Shown in pieces: positions 37,268 to 48,164 of a stretch of 64,000 bases of DNA. The notes under the pieces were generated by a model. It saw only the letters and a list, made by a program, of their open reading frames with translations, was not told where the DNA came from and ran no database searches. The translations under genes and the position numbers were made by a program. The DNA is from Bacteroidaceae bacterium (GTDB lineage Bacteria; Bacteroidota; Bacteroidia; Bacteroidales; Barnesiellaceae_A). The first letter of the stretch is position 1. Every line of letters starts with the position of its first letter. The stretch spans positions 8,359 through 72,358 of the forward strand of contig JAFZFQ010000018.1 of assembly GCA_017555825.1 (NCBI GenBank). The letters run 5' to 3'.

Positions 37268-39610
37268 GTGAACAACCCGCTTTTACAACACCTCAACCCC
37301 GCTCAGCAACAAGCTGTACTATATACCGACGGCCCTCAACTCGTCATTGCTGGTGCCGGCTCGGGTAAGACCCGTGTACTCACCTACAAGATTGCACACC
37401 TTCTCTCTTCGGGCTACCAGCCCTGGCGCATTTTGGCTCTCACATTCACCATCAAGGCCGCCAACGAGATGAAAGAGCGCATTGCAAAGCTCGTAGGCAA
37501 GGAGGTGGCTTCGCGACTGTGGATGGGCACTTTCCACTCCATCTTTTCGCGCATTCTTCACGCCAATGCCGAGTGCTTGGGCTTCCGTTCCGACTTCACC
37601 ATATACGACACGGCCGACTCGCGTTCGCTCCTCAAGTCCATCATCAAGGAGATGCAACTCGACGACAAGATATACAAGCCTGCAACCGTGCAGAGCATTA
37701 TTTCCAATGCCAAGAACGCCCTTATCACTCCCGGCGCCTATGCTGCCAATAGCGAACTGCGCGACATGGACATCAAGCAGAAGCGCCCCATGATGCACAA
37801 CATCTACCGTGTATATTGGGAGCGATGTTTCCGTGCCGGTGCTATGGACTTCGACGACCTCTTGCTCTACACCAACATACTCTTCCGCGACCACCCCGAG
37901 GTAGCACAGAAGTACCGCGACCTCTTCAGCTATGTCTTGGTCGACGAGTATCAAGATACCAACTTCTCGCAGCACCTCATCGTCAATCAGTTGTGTCGCG
38001 AGCATCGTCACCTATGCGTCGTTGGCGACGATGCGCAGAGCATCTACTCATTCCGAGGTGCCAAGATTGGTAATATTCTCAACCTCAAGAACGAATATCC
38101 GGGTTTGCGCATCGACAAGTTGGAGCAGAACTATCGCTCTACGCAGAATATTGTCGACGCTGCCAATAGTCTCATCAGCAAGAACAAAGAGCAGATACCC
38201 AAGCGCGTCTTCTCCGAGAAAGAGCGTGGTAGCAAGGTACAGTTGCTATCGGCCTACTCCGACTTCGAGGAGGGCTACCTCGTAGCCAATCGCATCAAAG
38301 AGATGCACCTGCTCAATGCTCACACCTACAACGAGTTTGCCATTCTATACCGCACCAACGCGCAGTCGCGTGTGCTCGAGGAGGCGCTTCGCAAGCGCAA
38401 CATGCCCTATCGCATCTATGGTGGACTATCGTTCTATCAACGCAAGGAAATAAAAGATGCTGTGGCATACTTCCGCCTCACCATCAACCCCGACGACGAG
38501 GAGGCCTTCAAGCGTGTGGTCAACTATCCCGCAAGGGGTATTGGCGACACTACCGTGAGCAAGATACTCACTACGGCGCAAACACACAATGTCGGTGTGT
38601 CCCGAGTCCTGGAGCAACCTCTCGAATACAACTTGCCCGTCAATGCTGGTGCGCGTGCCAAACTATCGGCTTTTGTCGAACTTATCGACTCTTTCCGCAA
38701 CCTGGCAGCTACACTGCCCATTACCGAGCTTGTCGAGCAGATATTGCGTCGTTCGGGTATCATCAACGATATATATTCGTCCGACACGCCCGAGAATGTG
38801 AGCCGTCAGGAAAACATCCAAGAGCTGCTCAACGGTGTGCAAGAGTTCCTATCGCTTCGCATGGAGGAGGGTAGTGATGCTGTATCGTTGGCCGACTTCT
38901 TGGCCGAAATTTCTCTCATTACCGACCAAGACAATGGCGATGAGGGTGAGCAAGACAAAATCACGCTTATGACTATCCATTCGGCCAAGGGTCTCGAATT
39001 TCGCAACGTTATCATCACAGGTCTCGAAGAGGAACTTTTCCCTTCGGCCATGTCGCTCGACGATCCTATGAACATCGAAGAGGAGCGTCGTCTGCTATAC
39101 GTTGCCATAACCCGTGCCGAGGAAAATTGTATCCTCACATACGCTCAGACTCGTTTCCGCAACGGTAAGACCAACACTTGTCGCCCCAGTCGCTTTATCA
39201 AGGATCTCGATGAGCGATATGTTGATATACCCGACAATCTTCCTTCGTCAACAACTTCATCTACCGCTTCGTTTGGCGGTGCGTGGGGTAGGCGAGAGCA
39301 GCACTACGAGCGGTCGTACGATGCGCCGCAACGTCCCTTCAAGGCTCCCGAGCCTCAACCGCACCTCAAGCCCGTGGCCGGCTCTCGTCGTGTAGTTACA
39401 CCCGACACACCTGCACCTCAGGTGCGCGACAGCATTCTTTCATCGGCCGGCACATTGCGTCCCGGCACACGCATCCGACACGAACGCTTCGGACTCGGCA
39501 CTGTCGAGGCTATCGAAGGTGCTGGCGACAACTGCAAGGTTAGTGTCGCATTCGACAATGTGGGTCGCAAGCAACTACTACTCAAATTTGCCAAGTTTAC
39601 TATAATATAA
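37268..39610 (+). CDS. UvrD/PcrA/Rep-family ATP-dependent DNA helicase
   Basis: 780 aa with a GTG start. LNPAQQQAV..AGAGSGKTRVLT (Walker A), VDEYQDTN, TIHSAKGLEF and YVAITRAE motifs. The C-terminus has a small domain with RHERFGLGTV. Confidence 0.9.
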   Translation: MNNPLLQHLNPAQQQAVLYTDGPQLVIAGAGSGKTRVLTYKIAHLLSSGYQPWRILALTFTIKAANEMKERIAKLVGKEVASRLWMGTFHSIFSRILHANAECLGFRSDFTIYDTADSRSLLKSIIKEMQLDDKIYKPATVQSIISNAKNALITPGAYAANSELRDMDIKQKRPMMHNIYRVYWERCFRAGAMDFDDLLLYTNILFRDHPEVAQKYRDLFSYVLVDEYQDTNFSQHLIVNQLCREHRHLCVVGDDAQSIYSFRGAKIGNILNLKNEYPGLRIDKLEQNYRSTQNIVDAANSLISKNKEQIPKRVFSEKERGSKVQLLSAYSDFEEGYLVANRIKEMHLLNAHTYNEFAILYRTNAQSRVLEEALRKRNMPYRIYGGLSFYQRKEIKDAVAYFRLTINPDDEEAFKRVVNYPARGIGDTTVSKILTTAQTHNVGVSRVLEQPLEYNLPVNAGARAKLSAFVELIDSFRNLAATLPITELVEQILRRSGIINDIYSSDTPENVSRQENIQELLNGVQEFLSLRMEEGSDAVSLADFLAEISLITDQDNGDEGEQDKITLMTIHSAKGLEFRNVIITGLEEELFPSAMSLDDPMNIEEERRLLYVAITRAEENCILTYAQTRFRNGKTNTCRPSRFIKDLDERYVDIPDNLPSSTTSSTASFGGAWGRREQHYERSYDAPQRPFKAPEPQPHLKPVAGSRRVVTPDTPAPQVRDSILSSAGTLRPGTRIRHERFGLGTVEAIEGAGDNCKVSVAFDNVGRKQLLLKFAKFTII

Positions 39611-39632
39611 CATCTATAATACTCATCACAAT

Positions 39633-40763
39633 ATGTCACAACTTCCATCACCCTGCTATGTACTCGAAGAGGCTCTTTTGCGTCGCAACCTCCAACTCAT
39701 CAAGTCGGTAAAAGACCGTGCCGGTGTCGACATTATCCTTGCTTTCAAGGCTTTTGCTCTTTGGGAGGCTTTCCCCATTGTGCGCGAGTATATACCCACT
39801 TCTACTGCAAGTTCTATACACGAGGCGCGTTTGGCTTACGAGGAGTTGGGCTGTTTGGCTCACACATATTCGCCGGCCTATACCGATGCTACTTTCGACG
39901 ATATACTTCGCTATAGCAGTCACATTACATTCAACTCGCTCACACAGTTCAACCACTTTGCCGACCGTGTTGCTACCTACGAGCGTCACATTTCGTGTGG
40001 ATTGCGCATCAACCCCGAGTTCTCCGATGTCGAGACCGATCTATACAATCCCTGTGCGCCGGGTTCTCGTTTGGGTGTTGTTGTCGACCAACTCCCTGCC
40101 ACACTTCCTGCCGGCATCGAGGGCTTGCATTTCCACACACTTTGCGAGTCTACTTCATACGACCTCGAACGCACCTTGGCCGTTGTCGAGGAGCGTTTTG
40201 CTCCCTGGCTCTCGCAAGTCAAATGGCTCAACATGGGTGGTGGCCACCTCATGACCCGCAAGGGATACGACGTCGATCACCTCGTCAAGCTGCTCACCGA
40301 TTTCCGTGCGCGCCATCCTCACTTGCAACTCATCATGGAGCCTGGTAGTGCCTTTGCTTGGCAAACAGGCACGTTGGAGACTACCATCGTCGATATTGTC
40401 GAGAATCATGGCATACGCACTGCCATCATCGATGCATCCTTTGCCTGTCACATGCCCGACTGTCTCGAAATGCCCTACAAACCTGCCATACGTGGTGCTA
40501 AAGAGCCGGGCGAGGCTCCCTATACCTACCGCATGGGTGGCAATTCTTGTCTTAGTGGCGACTTTGTTGGCGATTGGAGCTTCGACAAGCCTCTTGCCAT
40601 TGGCGACCGCATCATCTTCGAGGATATGATACACTACACCATTGTCAAGACTACCATGTTCAACGGTGTGCCACACCCCGCTATCGCGGTGCGTCGTCCC
40701 GATGGTGCTACTCAGCTCTGGAAGCAATTCACATACGACGACTATCGCAATCGTATGGGTTGA
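39633..40763 (+). CDS. nspC: carboxynorspermidine decarboxylase
   Basis: 376 aa. SPCYVLEEALLRRNL.., the FAFKAF-type (here LAFKAF) PLP-fold start, NMGGGH and CLSGD motifs. Confidence 0.88.
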   Translation: MSQLPSPCYVLEEALLRRNLQLIKSVKDRAGVDIILAFKAFALWEAFPIVREYIPTSTASSIHEARLAYEELGCLAHTYSPAYTDATFDDILRYSSHITFNSLTQFNHFADRVATYERHISCGLRINPEFSDVETDLYNPCAPGSRLGVVVDQLPATLPAGIEGLHFHTLCESTSYDLERTLAVVEERFAPWLSQVKWLNMGGGHLMTRKGYDVDHLVKLLTDFRARHPHLQLIMEPGSAFAWQTGTLETTIVDIVENHGIRTAIIDASFACHMPDCLEMPYKPAIRGAKEPGEAPYTYRMGGNSCLSGDFVGDWSFDKPLAIGDRIIFEDMIHYTIVKTTMFNGVPHPAIAVRRPDGATQLWKQFTYDDYRNRMG

Positions 40764-40805
40764 TTTTCTTGATAAAATACATATTTACAAAATTTTACAA
40801 CATGC

Positions 40806-40845
40806 AGGCCGTGTCATTATTTTGACATGGCCTCTTCTTTGTTTT
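40806..40845 (+). terminator. rho-independent terminator after nspC
   Basis: AGGCCGTGTC (40806-15) / GACATGGCCT (40824-33, one G-U pair), followed by a T-rich tail. Confidence 0.55.
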
Positions 40846-40953
40846 CATATTTCTTTCTGCCGTAAGCATCACCCGTTGTGGTAGTAACATATTTATTCTT
40901 ATTTGTAGCAAAAAAATAGTAATGTTTACACTTTTATTTAAATTTTTTATTTG

Positions 40954-40961
40954 TACATTTG
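40954..40961 (+). promoter_or_regulatory. candidate Bacteroidetes -7 box (TAnnTTTG)
   Basis: TACATTTG, 70 nt upstream of ATG 41031. Confidence 0.4.
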
Positions 40962-41030
40962 CGTTGTATTGTATAATGCCACAAAAACATATTTTTAAGT
41001 TGAAAAAAACAAAATTTAATACTAATTCTA

Positions 41031-42434
41031 ATGAAAAAAATCAAACTTCTCATTTGTGCTTTTGTTGCCACACTATGTTGTGTACCACAACTCTCGGCAC
41101 AAAAGTATCTCAACAACCCGCTGCCCGAAGCGTGGACTGCCGACTCTCTTTTGTCGGTCGTTTCCCCCGCCGAAGATAGTTGGTGGAAAGCCTTCGGAGA
41201 TACTTGTCTCACGGCGCTCATCAACGAGGCTGTTGACAATAACTACGACCTCTTGGCTGCTGCTAAGCGTATTAAAGTAGCCAAGTCTATGTACAATAGT
41301 GCATTGGCAGGATACTCTCCTGTTATCAGTGCCGGTGCCGATTGGGTCAACAACCAAACAAGTGGCAACCTCACCGCTTCTTCGGCCGACCCTACATTGA
41401 CTCGATACCTTCAAGCCGACCTATCGGTAAGCTGGGAGATTGACCTCTTTGGTAAAGTATACTTCCGTGCCAAGGAGAGCAAGGAGCAGTACAATGCTAC
41501 CCAAGAAGAGTACAACGCAGCTATGATTGCACTTTGTGCGCAATTGGCTTCCAACTATATCACCCTGCGCACATATCAGTCGCAGATGCAGGTTGCCGAG
41601 CATCACCTCCTTTCGCAATTGGCTATACTCAACATTACCGAGACTCGTTTCAATACAGGTCTTGCATCGGCTCTCGATGTTGCTCAAGCCAAGACGGTAT
41701 ACCTCAATACTCGTGCATCGCTCCCTCAACTCGATGCCGCTATCGACAACCAAATCAACGTCATTGCCGTGCTTCTTGGTAAGTATCCCGCAGAGATTCG
41801 CAACCGCCTTGCTCTCCCTGCCACTCAACTCGACTACATGCACATCGTCAATGTCGGTATTCCCTACGACCTTTTGCGTCGTCGTCCCGACATTCGTCAA
41901 GCCGAGTACAACATCGCTGCACAAGCGGCTGCGGTAGGCATTGCTGTTACCGACTTCCTACCTTCTGTTTCGCTCAATGGTAGTGTTGGTTACGCCTCGC
42001 ACGACCTCGACAAGTTCTTCGACCAAGGTAGTCTCGCTTTCAATATTACACCCTCATTCCGCTGGACTCTATTCAACGGTACACAACGCATTCAAGCACA
42101 CAATGCCGCTAAGGCTCAGATGCAAGCCACTGTCGATAGCTACAACAGCACTGTATTGTTGGCTGTACAAGAGGTAGAGAGTGCCATGTCGTCTTACAAA
42201 AACTCGATTAAGCAATTGGTGTTTTTGCGCGAATTGGTCAACCAAGGCCAAATCACGCTCGACCTATCTATCGACCTCTATAAGAATGGTCTTGTCGATT
42301 TCCAAACAGTGCTCGATGCACAACGTCAAGCCCTCTCTTACCAAAATTCTCTCGAAGAGACCCGTGGCTCTTCGGCCAAAGCTTTAGTTAATCTATACCA
42401 AGCACTCGGTGGTGGTTGGTCCGACAATCAGTAA
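41031..42434 (+). CDS. efflux transporter outer membrane factor (TolC/NodT family)
   Basis: 467 aa with a signal peptide. It has the duplicated OEP helical repeats and the C-terminal ..ALVNLYQALGGGW motif. Confidence 0.9.
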   Translation: MKKIKLLICAFVATLCCVPQLSAQKYLNNPLPEAWTADSLLSVVSPAEDSWWKAFGDTCLTALINEAVDNNYDLLAAAKRIKVAKSMYNSALAGYSPVISAGADWVNNQTSGNLTASSADPTLTRYLQADLSVSWEIDLFGKVYFRAKESKEQYNATQEEYNAAMIALCAQLASNYITLRTYQSQMQVAEHHLLSQLAILNITETRFNTGLASALDVAQAKTVYLNTRASLPQLDAAIDNQINVIAVLLGKYPAEIRNRLALPATQLDYMHIVNVGIPYDLLRRRPDIRQAEYNIAAQAAAVGIAVTDFLPSVSLNGSVGYASHDLDKFFDQGSLAFNITPSFRWTLFNGTQRIQAHNAAKAQMQATVDSYNSTVLLAVQEVESAMSSYKNSIKQLVFLRELVNQGQITLDLSIDLYKNGLVDFQTVLDAQRQALSYQNSLEETRGSSAKALVNLYQALGGGWSDNQ

Positions 42435-42455
42435 TCTATAAAAACTCTATACACT

Positions 42456-43559
42456 ATGAACAATCGTTTTCTTCTCGCTTCATTGCTTGCTACTGCCATC
42501 TTGGTTGGTTGCAACAACAATGACCAAACTGCAGTTACCCCCACTGCTCCCAATATCACAGTCGCTACTGCAATACAAGATTCGGTTACACTATACGCCT
42601 CATATCCCGGATACCTTGAGGCCAAGTCATACATCAACCTCATCGCTCGTGTAGCTGGTTTCCAAGAGGCTTCAAACTATGTTGCCGGACAACGCGTCGC
42701 CAAGGGCGATACGCTCTTTGTCATCGAGCCTTCTCGATACAAAGATGCCGTAGAGCAAGCCGAGGCTACTTTGGCTACTTGCAAGGCTCAACTCTACTAT
42801 GCCGAGAACAACTACCGTCGCATGAAAGATGTTGCCAATACCAACGCTATCAGCGAGATAGACTATATCAAGTCTGAGGCTGCATACTACGAGGCCGAGG
42901 CGGCCGTGATGAATGCCGAGGCGGCTCTCCGTTCTGCTCGCACTTATCTCAGCTACTGCTACGTCATTGCTCCCTTCTCAGGTCGTCCCACTGCTTCCAA
43001 CTTTGGCGAGGGCGACTACATCAATGCCAACACTACATTGGCTACCGTATACCAAGATGACCAAATGTATGCATACTTCAGTATCGACGATGCTCAGTAC
43101 ATGCGACTCATCCAAAATCTCAAGAACAACAAGACTACACTCCGTCACGATGCCGTGAAGCTCACTTTCAGCGAAGCGCTTCCTCACGAATATAGCGGTT
43201 ATATCGACTACATTGCTCCCAACGTAGACCTCACTACAGGTACGCTCCGTGTGCGCGTCGTTGTCGACAACCCCTACAGCGAGCTCAAGCATGGCATGTA
43301 CGCTACTGTTCACATGCCATATTCTCGTAGCGAAAAAGTAGTCATGGTGCGCGACGCCTCTATCGGTACCGACCAAGTGGGTAAGTATGTATACGTCGTC
43401 AACGACTCCAACCGTGTCGAAATGCGACACATTGAGATTGGTGAACTTTACAACGACTCTTTGCGTATTGTCGAGAGTGGTGTAAACCCCGGCGAAAAAT
43501 ACGTATCTCTCGCCTTGCAAAAGGTACACGAGGGTATGGTTATCAACCCCGTCGAGTAA
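42456..43559 (+). CDS. efflux RND transporter periplasmic adaptor subunit (MFP)
   Basis: 367 aa. Lipobox LVGC, a biotinyl-lipoyl-like region, a coiled-coil hairpin and a beta-barrel region (..APFSGR..). Confidence 0.9.
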   Translation: MNNRFLLASLLATAILVGCNNNDQTAVTPTAPNITVATAIQDSVTLYASYPGYLEAKSYINLIARVAGFQEASNYVAGQRVAKGDTLFVIEPSRYKDAVEQAEATLATCKAQLYYAENNYRRMKDVANTNAISEIDYIKSEAAYYEAEAAVMNAEAALRSARTYLSYCYVIAPFSGRPTASNFGEGDYINANTTLATVYQDDQMYAYFSIDDAQYMRLIQNLKNNKTTLRHDAVKLTFSEALPHEYSGYIDYIAPNVDLTTGTLRVRVVVDNPYSELKHGMYATVHMPYSRSEKVVMVRDASIGTDQVGKYVYVVNDSNRVEMRHIEIGELYNDSLRIVESGVNPGEKYVSLALQKVHEGMVINPVE

Positions 43560-43600
43560 TTGTCAACCCTATTTCTTAACACAACAAATAGTGATAGTTT

Positions 43601-46600
43601 ATGTTATCAAAGTTTTTTGTTAAGCATCCCATTTTTGCTACTGTATTGGCATTGGTAATGGTGTTGGCGGGTGGTATCACACTCTTTACACTGCCCATTG
43701 CTCAATACCCCGACATTACACCGCCTACGGTGCAAGTCACTGCCATTTATCCCGGTGCCGATGCCGAAACCATTGCCGAGACTGTGGGTGTGCCCATCGA
43801 GCAACAAGTCAATGGTGTCGATGGTATGATATATATGAGCTCTACCTCTTCTTCTACAGGTCAGTACACACTCACTGTTACCTTCGAGGTGGGTACCGAT
43901 ATCGACATGGCTACCGTATTGGTTCAAAACCGTGTTAGTACCGCACAGAACTCTCTGCCTCAATCGGTTATCGAGCAGGGTATTACCACCAAGAAACAAT
44001 CTACAAGCATTGTTATGTTCTTGGCTCTCAACTCTCAAGAGGAGGTCTACGATGGTCTGTACCTCTCAAACTACGCCAACCTCAAGATTATCGACGAGCT
44101 CACTCGTCTCCCGGGAGTAGGTGGTGTTACCGTTTTTGGTGCCGACAACTATAGCATGCGTGTATGGCTCAAGCCCGACATCATGCAGATGCGTGGCGTC
44201 ACTGCGGCCGAGGTGTACAATGCCATCGCTTCGCAAAACATCGTTGCGCCTGCCGGTAGTGTGGGTCAGCAACCTGTATCTTCGCCCGAGGCGTTCCAAT
44301 TTACACTCAAAACCGAGGGTATGATGACCGATGTTTCGCAATTCAGCAACATCATCATCCGTTCCGACGGTAAGGGTGGCTATCTCCGTCTCAAAGACGT
44401 TGCTACCATCGAGTTGGGTAGTGCTTCTTACAACGTTTCTACCAACCTCAATGGTCGTGAAGCTGCAGCTATCGGTATCTATCAGCTCCCCGGTTCTAAC
44501 GCTCTCGACGTAGCGCAAAACGTGCGCAATAAGATGGACGAGTTGCAACAATACTTCCCCGAGGGTGTACACTACGACGTCGTGCTCGATACTACCGAGT
44601 TCGTTACCGCATCTATCGAAGAGGTGCTCATCACCTTTATCGAGACTACGCTCATCGTTATGCTCGTTATTCTGCTCTTCTTGCAGAACTTCCGTGCGGT
44701 GATTATTCCTTCGCTCACTATTCCCGTTTCGCTCATTGCTACTTTTGCAGTCATGCAGGTTTTGGGCTTCTCTATCAATACGCTCACACTCTTCGGCTTG
44801 GTATTGGCTATTGCCATTGTGGTCGACGATGCTATTGTGGTTGTTGAGAATGCTACACGTCTGCTCGATACAGGGCAATATACTCGCCAAGAGGCTGTTA
44901 TCAAGGCTATGGAGGAGATTACAGGCCCCGTTATCGGTGTGGTTTTGGTGTTGCTCTCGGTTTTCATCCCCACTGCATTCATTGGTGGCATCACAGGTGT
45001 GCTCTACAAGCAGTTTGCATTGACTATCGCCGTGGCCACAATATTTAGTGGTCTCAACTCGCTCACGCTCACACCGGCTCTCTGTGCCCTCTTCTTGCAA
45101 CCCACTCGCGAGACCAAGTTCTGTGTATATCGCTGGTTCAACAAGGGTTTCGACGTTACACTTGCCGGATATGTAAGCATCATCACTTCGATGATTAAGA
45201 AACCCGTTGCCGCAATGCTCGTTTTCGTTGTACTCTCTATGGGTGCATTCTACGGCTTCATGAAGTGGCCCTCGTCATTCATCCCTGCCGAGGACTTGGG
45301 TTATGTCATTACTTCGGTACAATTGCCCAACGCTTCGTCGTTCGACCGCACTACCGAGGTGACAGAGCGTCTCCAAAAGATTGTTATGCAATACCCCGAG
45401 GTTGAGAATGTTCTTGTTATCAACGGTTTCTCTACACTCTTCGGCTCACAATCGTCCAACATGGGTACATTCTTCGTCGTTCTCAAGCCCTGGCACGATC
45501 GCTCGGGCAAGGAGCACAGTGCCGATGCCGTTGTGGCTCGCATCAACCGCGATGCGGCTGCTATCGAAGAGGCTATCATCTTTGCCATCAATCCTCCCGC
45601 TATCCAAGGTTTGGGTAATACAGGTGGTCTTGAGTGGCAACTCGAAGATGTCAATAACCAAGGTGTTGTTGCCATCGAGAGCGCTTTGCAAACCCTCAAA
45701 GCCGGCATCAGCGACTATCCCACATTGGGCTCTATCACCTCTTTCTTCGAGGGTGCTACTCCCCAATACTTCATCGAGTTCGACCGCAGTCGCATCGAGT
45801 TGATGGGGCTCGACATTAGCAATGTTTTCCAAGCACTCTCTTTCCAAATGGGTGCAAGCTACGTCAACGACTTCATCGACTTTGGTCGTGTATACCAAGT
45901 CAAAATGAGTGCCGAGGCTGCCGCTCGTGCCAATATCGATGATGTGCTCAAGCTTAGCGTTAAGAACAAAGACGGACAGATGGTTCCCTTCGCCGCCTTT
46001 ACCAACATCAAGTCGGTTATGGGTCAAAACTTGGTTACTCGCTACAACATGTATCCCTCGGCATCTATTACCACACTCCCCGCGGCAGGTGCCAGCTCGG
46101 CGCAAGCTATCGAGCAAACCGAGCAACTTGTACGCGAGCAATTGGGCAACAACTTTGCACTCAGTTGGACAGGTATGGCTCAACAAGAGAAGGAGTCAGG
46201 CTCGGCTGTTACACTTATATTTGTTTTGGCTATCATATTGGTAGTCTTTGTATTGGCAGCTCAATACGAAAGCTGGACCGACCCCATCGCCGTTATCCTC
46301 TCTATGCCCACTGCCATTTTGGGTACAGTACTCGGCTGTTGGATTATGAGCGAGCCTATCAGTATCTACACTCAGATCGGTGTTATCTTGCTCATCGCCC
46401 TTTCGGCCAAGAATGCTATTCTTATCGTCGAGTTTGCACGCGAATACCGTAAGGAGGGCATGCCTATCAAAGAGTCGGCTATCGAGGCAGGTCGCTTGCG
46501 TTTGCGCCCCATCCTCATGACCTCTTTCGCATTCGTTATCGGTGTATTGCCACTCTTGTTTGCTTCGGGTGCCGGTGCTGCAAGCCGCATATCTCTTGGT

Positions 46601-46750
46601 GCTGCCGTTGTATTCGGTATGCTCATCAACACAATCTTGGGTACTATGTTTGTTCCCAACTTCTGGGTCATGATGCAATCGTTCCAAGAGAAGTACCTCA
46701 CCGGTCTTTTCTCCGAGAAGAAACCTCAATCAAAGTCTGACAAGGAGTAG
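43601..46750 (+). CDS. efflux RND transporter permease (AcrB/HAE1 family)
   Basis: 1049 aa. MLSKFFVKHPIFATVLALVMVLAG.., 12 TM segments and two large periplasmic loops. Confidence 0.95.
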   Translation: MLSKFFVKHPIFATVLALVMVLAGGITLFTLPIAQYPDITPPTVQVTAIYPGADAETIAETVGVPIEQQVNGVDGMIYMSSTSSSTGQYTLTVTFEVGTDIDMATVLVQNRVSTAQNSLPQSVIEQGITTKKQSTSIVMFLALNSQEEVYDGLYLSNYANLKIIDELTRLPGVGGVTVFGADNYSMRVWLKPDIMQMRGVTAAEVYNAIASQNIVAPAGSVGQQPVSSPEAFQFTLKTEGMMTDVSQFSNIIIRSDGKGGYLRLKDVATIELGSASYNVSTNLNGREAAAIGIYQLPGSNALDVAQNVRNKMDELQQYFPEGVHYDVVLDTTEFVTASIEEVLITFIETTLIVMLVILLFLQNFRAVIIPSLTIPVSLIATFAVMQVLGFSINTLTLFGLVLAIAIVVDDAIVVVENATRLLDTGQYTRQEAVIKAMEEITGPVIGVVLVLLSVFIPTAFIGGITGVLYKQFALTIAVATIFSGLNSLTLTPALCALFLQPTRETKFCVYRWFNKGFDVTLAGYVSIITSMIKKPVAAMLVFVVLSMGAFYGFMKWPSSFIPAEDLGYVITSVQLPNASSFDRTTEVTERLQKIVMQYPEVENVLVINGFSTLFGSQSSNMGTFFVVLKPWHDRSGKEHSADAVVARINRDAAAIEEAIIFAINPPAIQGLGNTGGLEWQLEDVNNQGVVAIESALQTLKAGISDYPTLGSITSFFEGATPQYFIEFDRSRIELMGLDISNVFQALSFQMGASYVNDFIDFGRVYQVKMSAEAAARANIDDVLKLSVKNKDGQMVPFAAFTNIKSVMGQNLVTRYNMYPSASITTLPAAGASSAQAIEQTEQLVREQLGNNFALSWTGMAQQEKESGSAVTLIFVLAIILVVFVLAAQYESWTDPIAVILSMPTAILGTVLGCWIMSEPISIYTQIGVILLIALSAKNAILIVEFAREYRKEGMPIKESAIEAGRLRLRPILMTSFAFVIGVLPLLFASGAGAASRISLGAAVVFGMLINTILGTMFVPNFWVMMQSFQEKYLTGLFSEKKPQSKSDKE

Positions 46751-46780
46751 ATCATATACCCACTTATTCTATATAATTTG

Positions 46781-46821
46781 CGAGGCTGTGTCTATATAAA
46801 AGGACACAGCCTCGTGCTTTT
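46781..46821 (+). terminator. rho-independent terminator after the RND operon
   Basis: CGAGGCTGTGTC (46781-92) / GACACAGCCTCG (46803-14), followed by TGCTTTT. Confidence 0.65.
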
Positions 46822-46932
46822 ACCGCTCGTTCCTTTTCATCCTTCTTCTTCTCCATGCCCTCTTTCAACGCTTTTAGCCTCATTTCCTATTTCTCATGCC
46901 CTGCGATTCTTGCTGTTTATAAGAATTTTTCT

Positions 46933-46940
46933 TAAATTTG
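46933..46940 (+). promoter_or_regulatory. candidate Bacteroidetes -7 box (TAnnTTTG)
   Basis: TAAATTTG, 128 nt upstream of ATG 47068. Confidence 0.35.
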
Positions 46941-47067
46941 TAACGACTATATCCATCTGCAACCTGCGCACAAGTTTCGATAGAGTGGGGTGGATAGGTT
47001 ATAAATTGAAACCTTAGTTTAATCTATATCGGCGACACAGTCGCTCGATACTAATTATAGAAACAAT

Positions 47068-48117
47068 ATGAGCAACAATAATCATGTAGTGATAATGGCC
47101 GGTGGCATTGGCAGCCGCTTTTGGCCCATGAGTACACCCGAGTGTCCCAAGCAATTTATCGATGTTATGGGATGCGGTCGCACACTTATACAACTCACCG
47201 TCGACCGCTTCCGTGGTATATGCGACCCCGAGCATGTTTGGGTTGTCACTTCCGAGCAATATCTATCTATTGTCAAGGAGCAACTTCCCGAGATTCCTGT
47301 CGACAACATCTTGGCCGAGCCTTGTCGTCGCAACACGGCTCCCTGTATTGCCTACGTTGCATGGAAAATTCAGCAACGATACCCCGATGCCAACATCGTC
47401 GTTACGCCAAGTGATGCACTTGTGCTCAATACTGTCGAGTTCCAACGCGTCGTTTCTCAAGCACTCAACTTCACTGCTCAAAGCAACGCCATTGTTACCA
47501 TTGGTATTCGTCCCAGCCGTCCCGAGACTGGCTACGGCTACATCGCCGCCGGCAATCAACTCCCCGAGAGCGAGATTTGCAAGGTTGAGCAATTCAAGGA
47601 GAAACCCAACCTCGACACTGCCAAGGCATACCTGGCTGCCGGCAACTACCTCTGGAATGCCGGTATCTTTGTTTGGAATGTCAATACCATCGTCTCTTCT
47701 ATTTCGGCCTATCAGCCCGACCTTGCCGACATTTTCAACAACATCGCTCCCTCGCTCTACACACCTGCCGAGGCCGAGGTTATAGCTAATCTCTTCCCCA
47801 CATGCCCCAACATCTCTATCGACTATGCCGTCATGGAGAAGTCGCCCGATATTTATGTGCATCCTGCCGACTTCGGTTGGAGCGACCTCGGTACTTGGGG
47901 CTCTCTGCACACGCACATCGCACACGACGATGCGGGCAACGCTACTGTAGGCAACGTCAAGCTCTTTGATAGCGCCAACTGTATCGTACATGCTCCCCAA
48001 AACCGTCGCGTTGTTGTTCAAGGCCTCGACGGTTATATCGTGGCCGAGAAAGACAATACACTGCTCATTTGCAAGCTCGACCAAGAACAACGCATCAAAG
48101 ACTTCTCGGCCGAATAA
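47068..48117 (+). CDS. manC: mannose-1-phosphate guanylyltransferase
   Basis: 349 aa. VIMAGGIGSRFWPMS nucleotidyltransferase start, and a position upstream of gmd and fcl. Confidence 0.85.
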   Translation: MSNNNHVVIMAGGIGSRFWPMSTPECPKQFIDVMGCGRTLIQLTVDRFRGICDPEHVWVVTSEQYLSIVKEQLPEIPVDNILAEPCRRNTAPCIAYVAWKIQQRYPDANIVVTPSDALVLNTVEFQRVVSQALNFTAQSNAIVTIGIRPSRPETGYGYIAAGNQLPESEICKVEQFKEKPNLDTAKAYLAAGNYLWNAGIFVWNVNTIVSSISAYQPDLADIFNNIAPSLYTPAEAEVIANLFPTCPNISIDYAVMEKSPDIYVHPADFGWSDLGTWGSLHTHIAHDDAGNATVGNVKLFDSANCIVHAPQNRRVVVQGLDGYIVAEKDNTLLICKLDQEQRIKDFSAE

Positions 48118-48164
48118 TACATAAACCATACCACCCTTTATAAGGGTTACAAATACATAAGATA

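Noticed and set aside
46778-47017. The 79-aa ORF in the gap between the RND operon and manC.
   Set aside because: It starts inside the RND terminator hairpin, has a pyrimidine-rich low-complexity translation and shows no start context.
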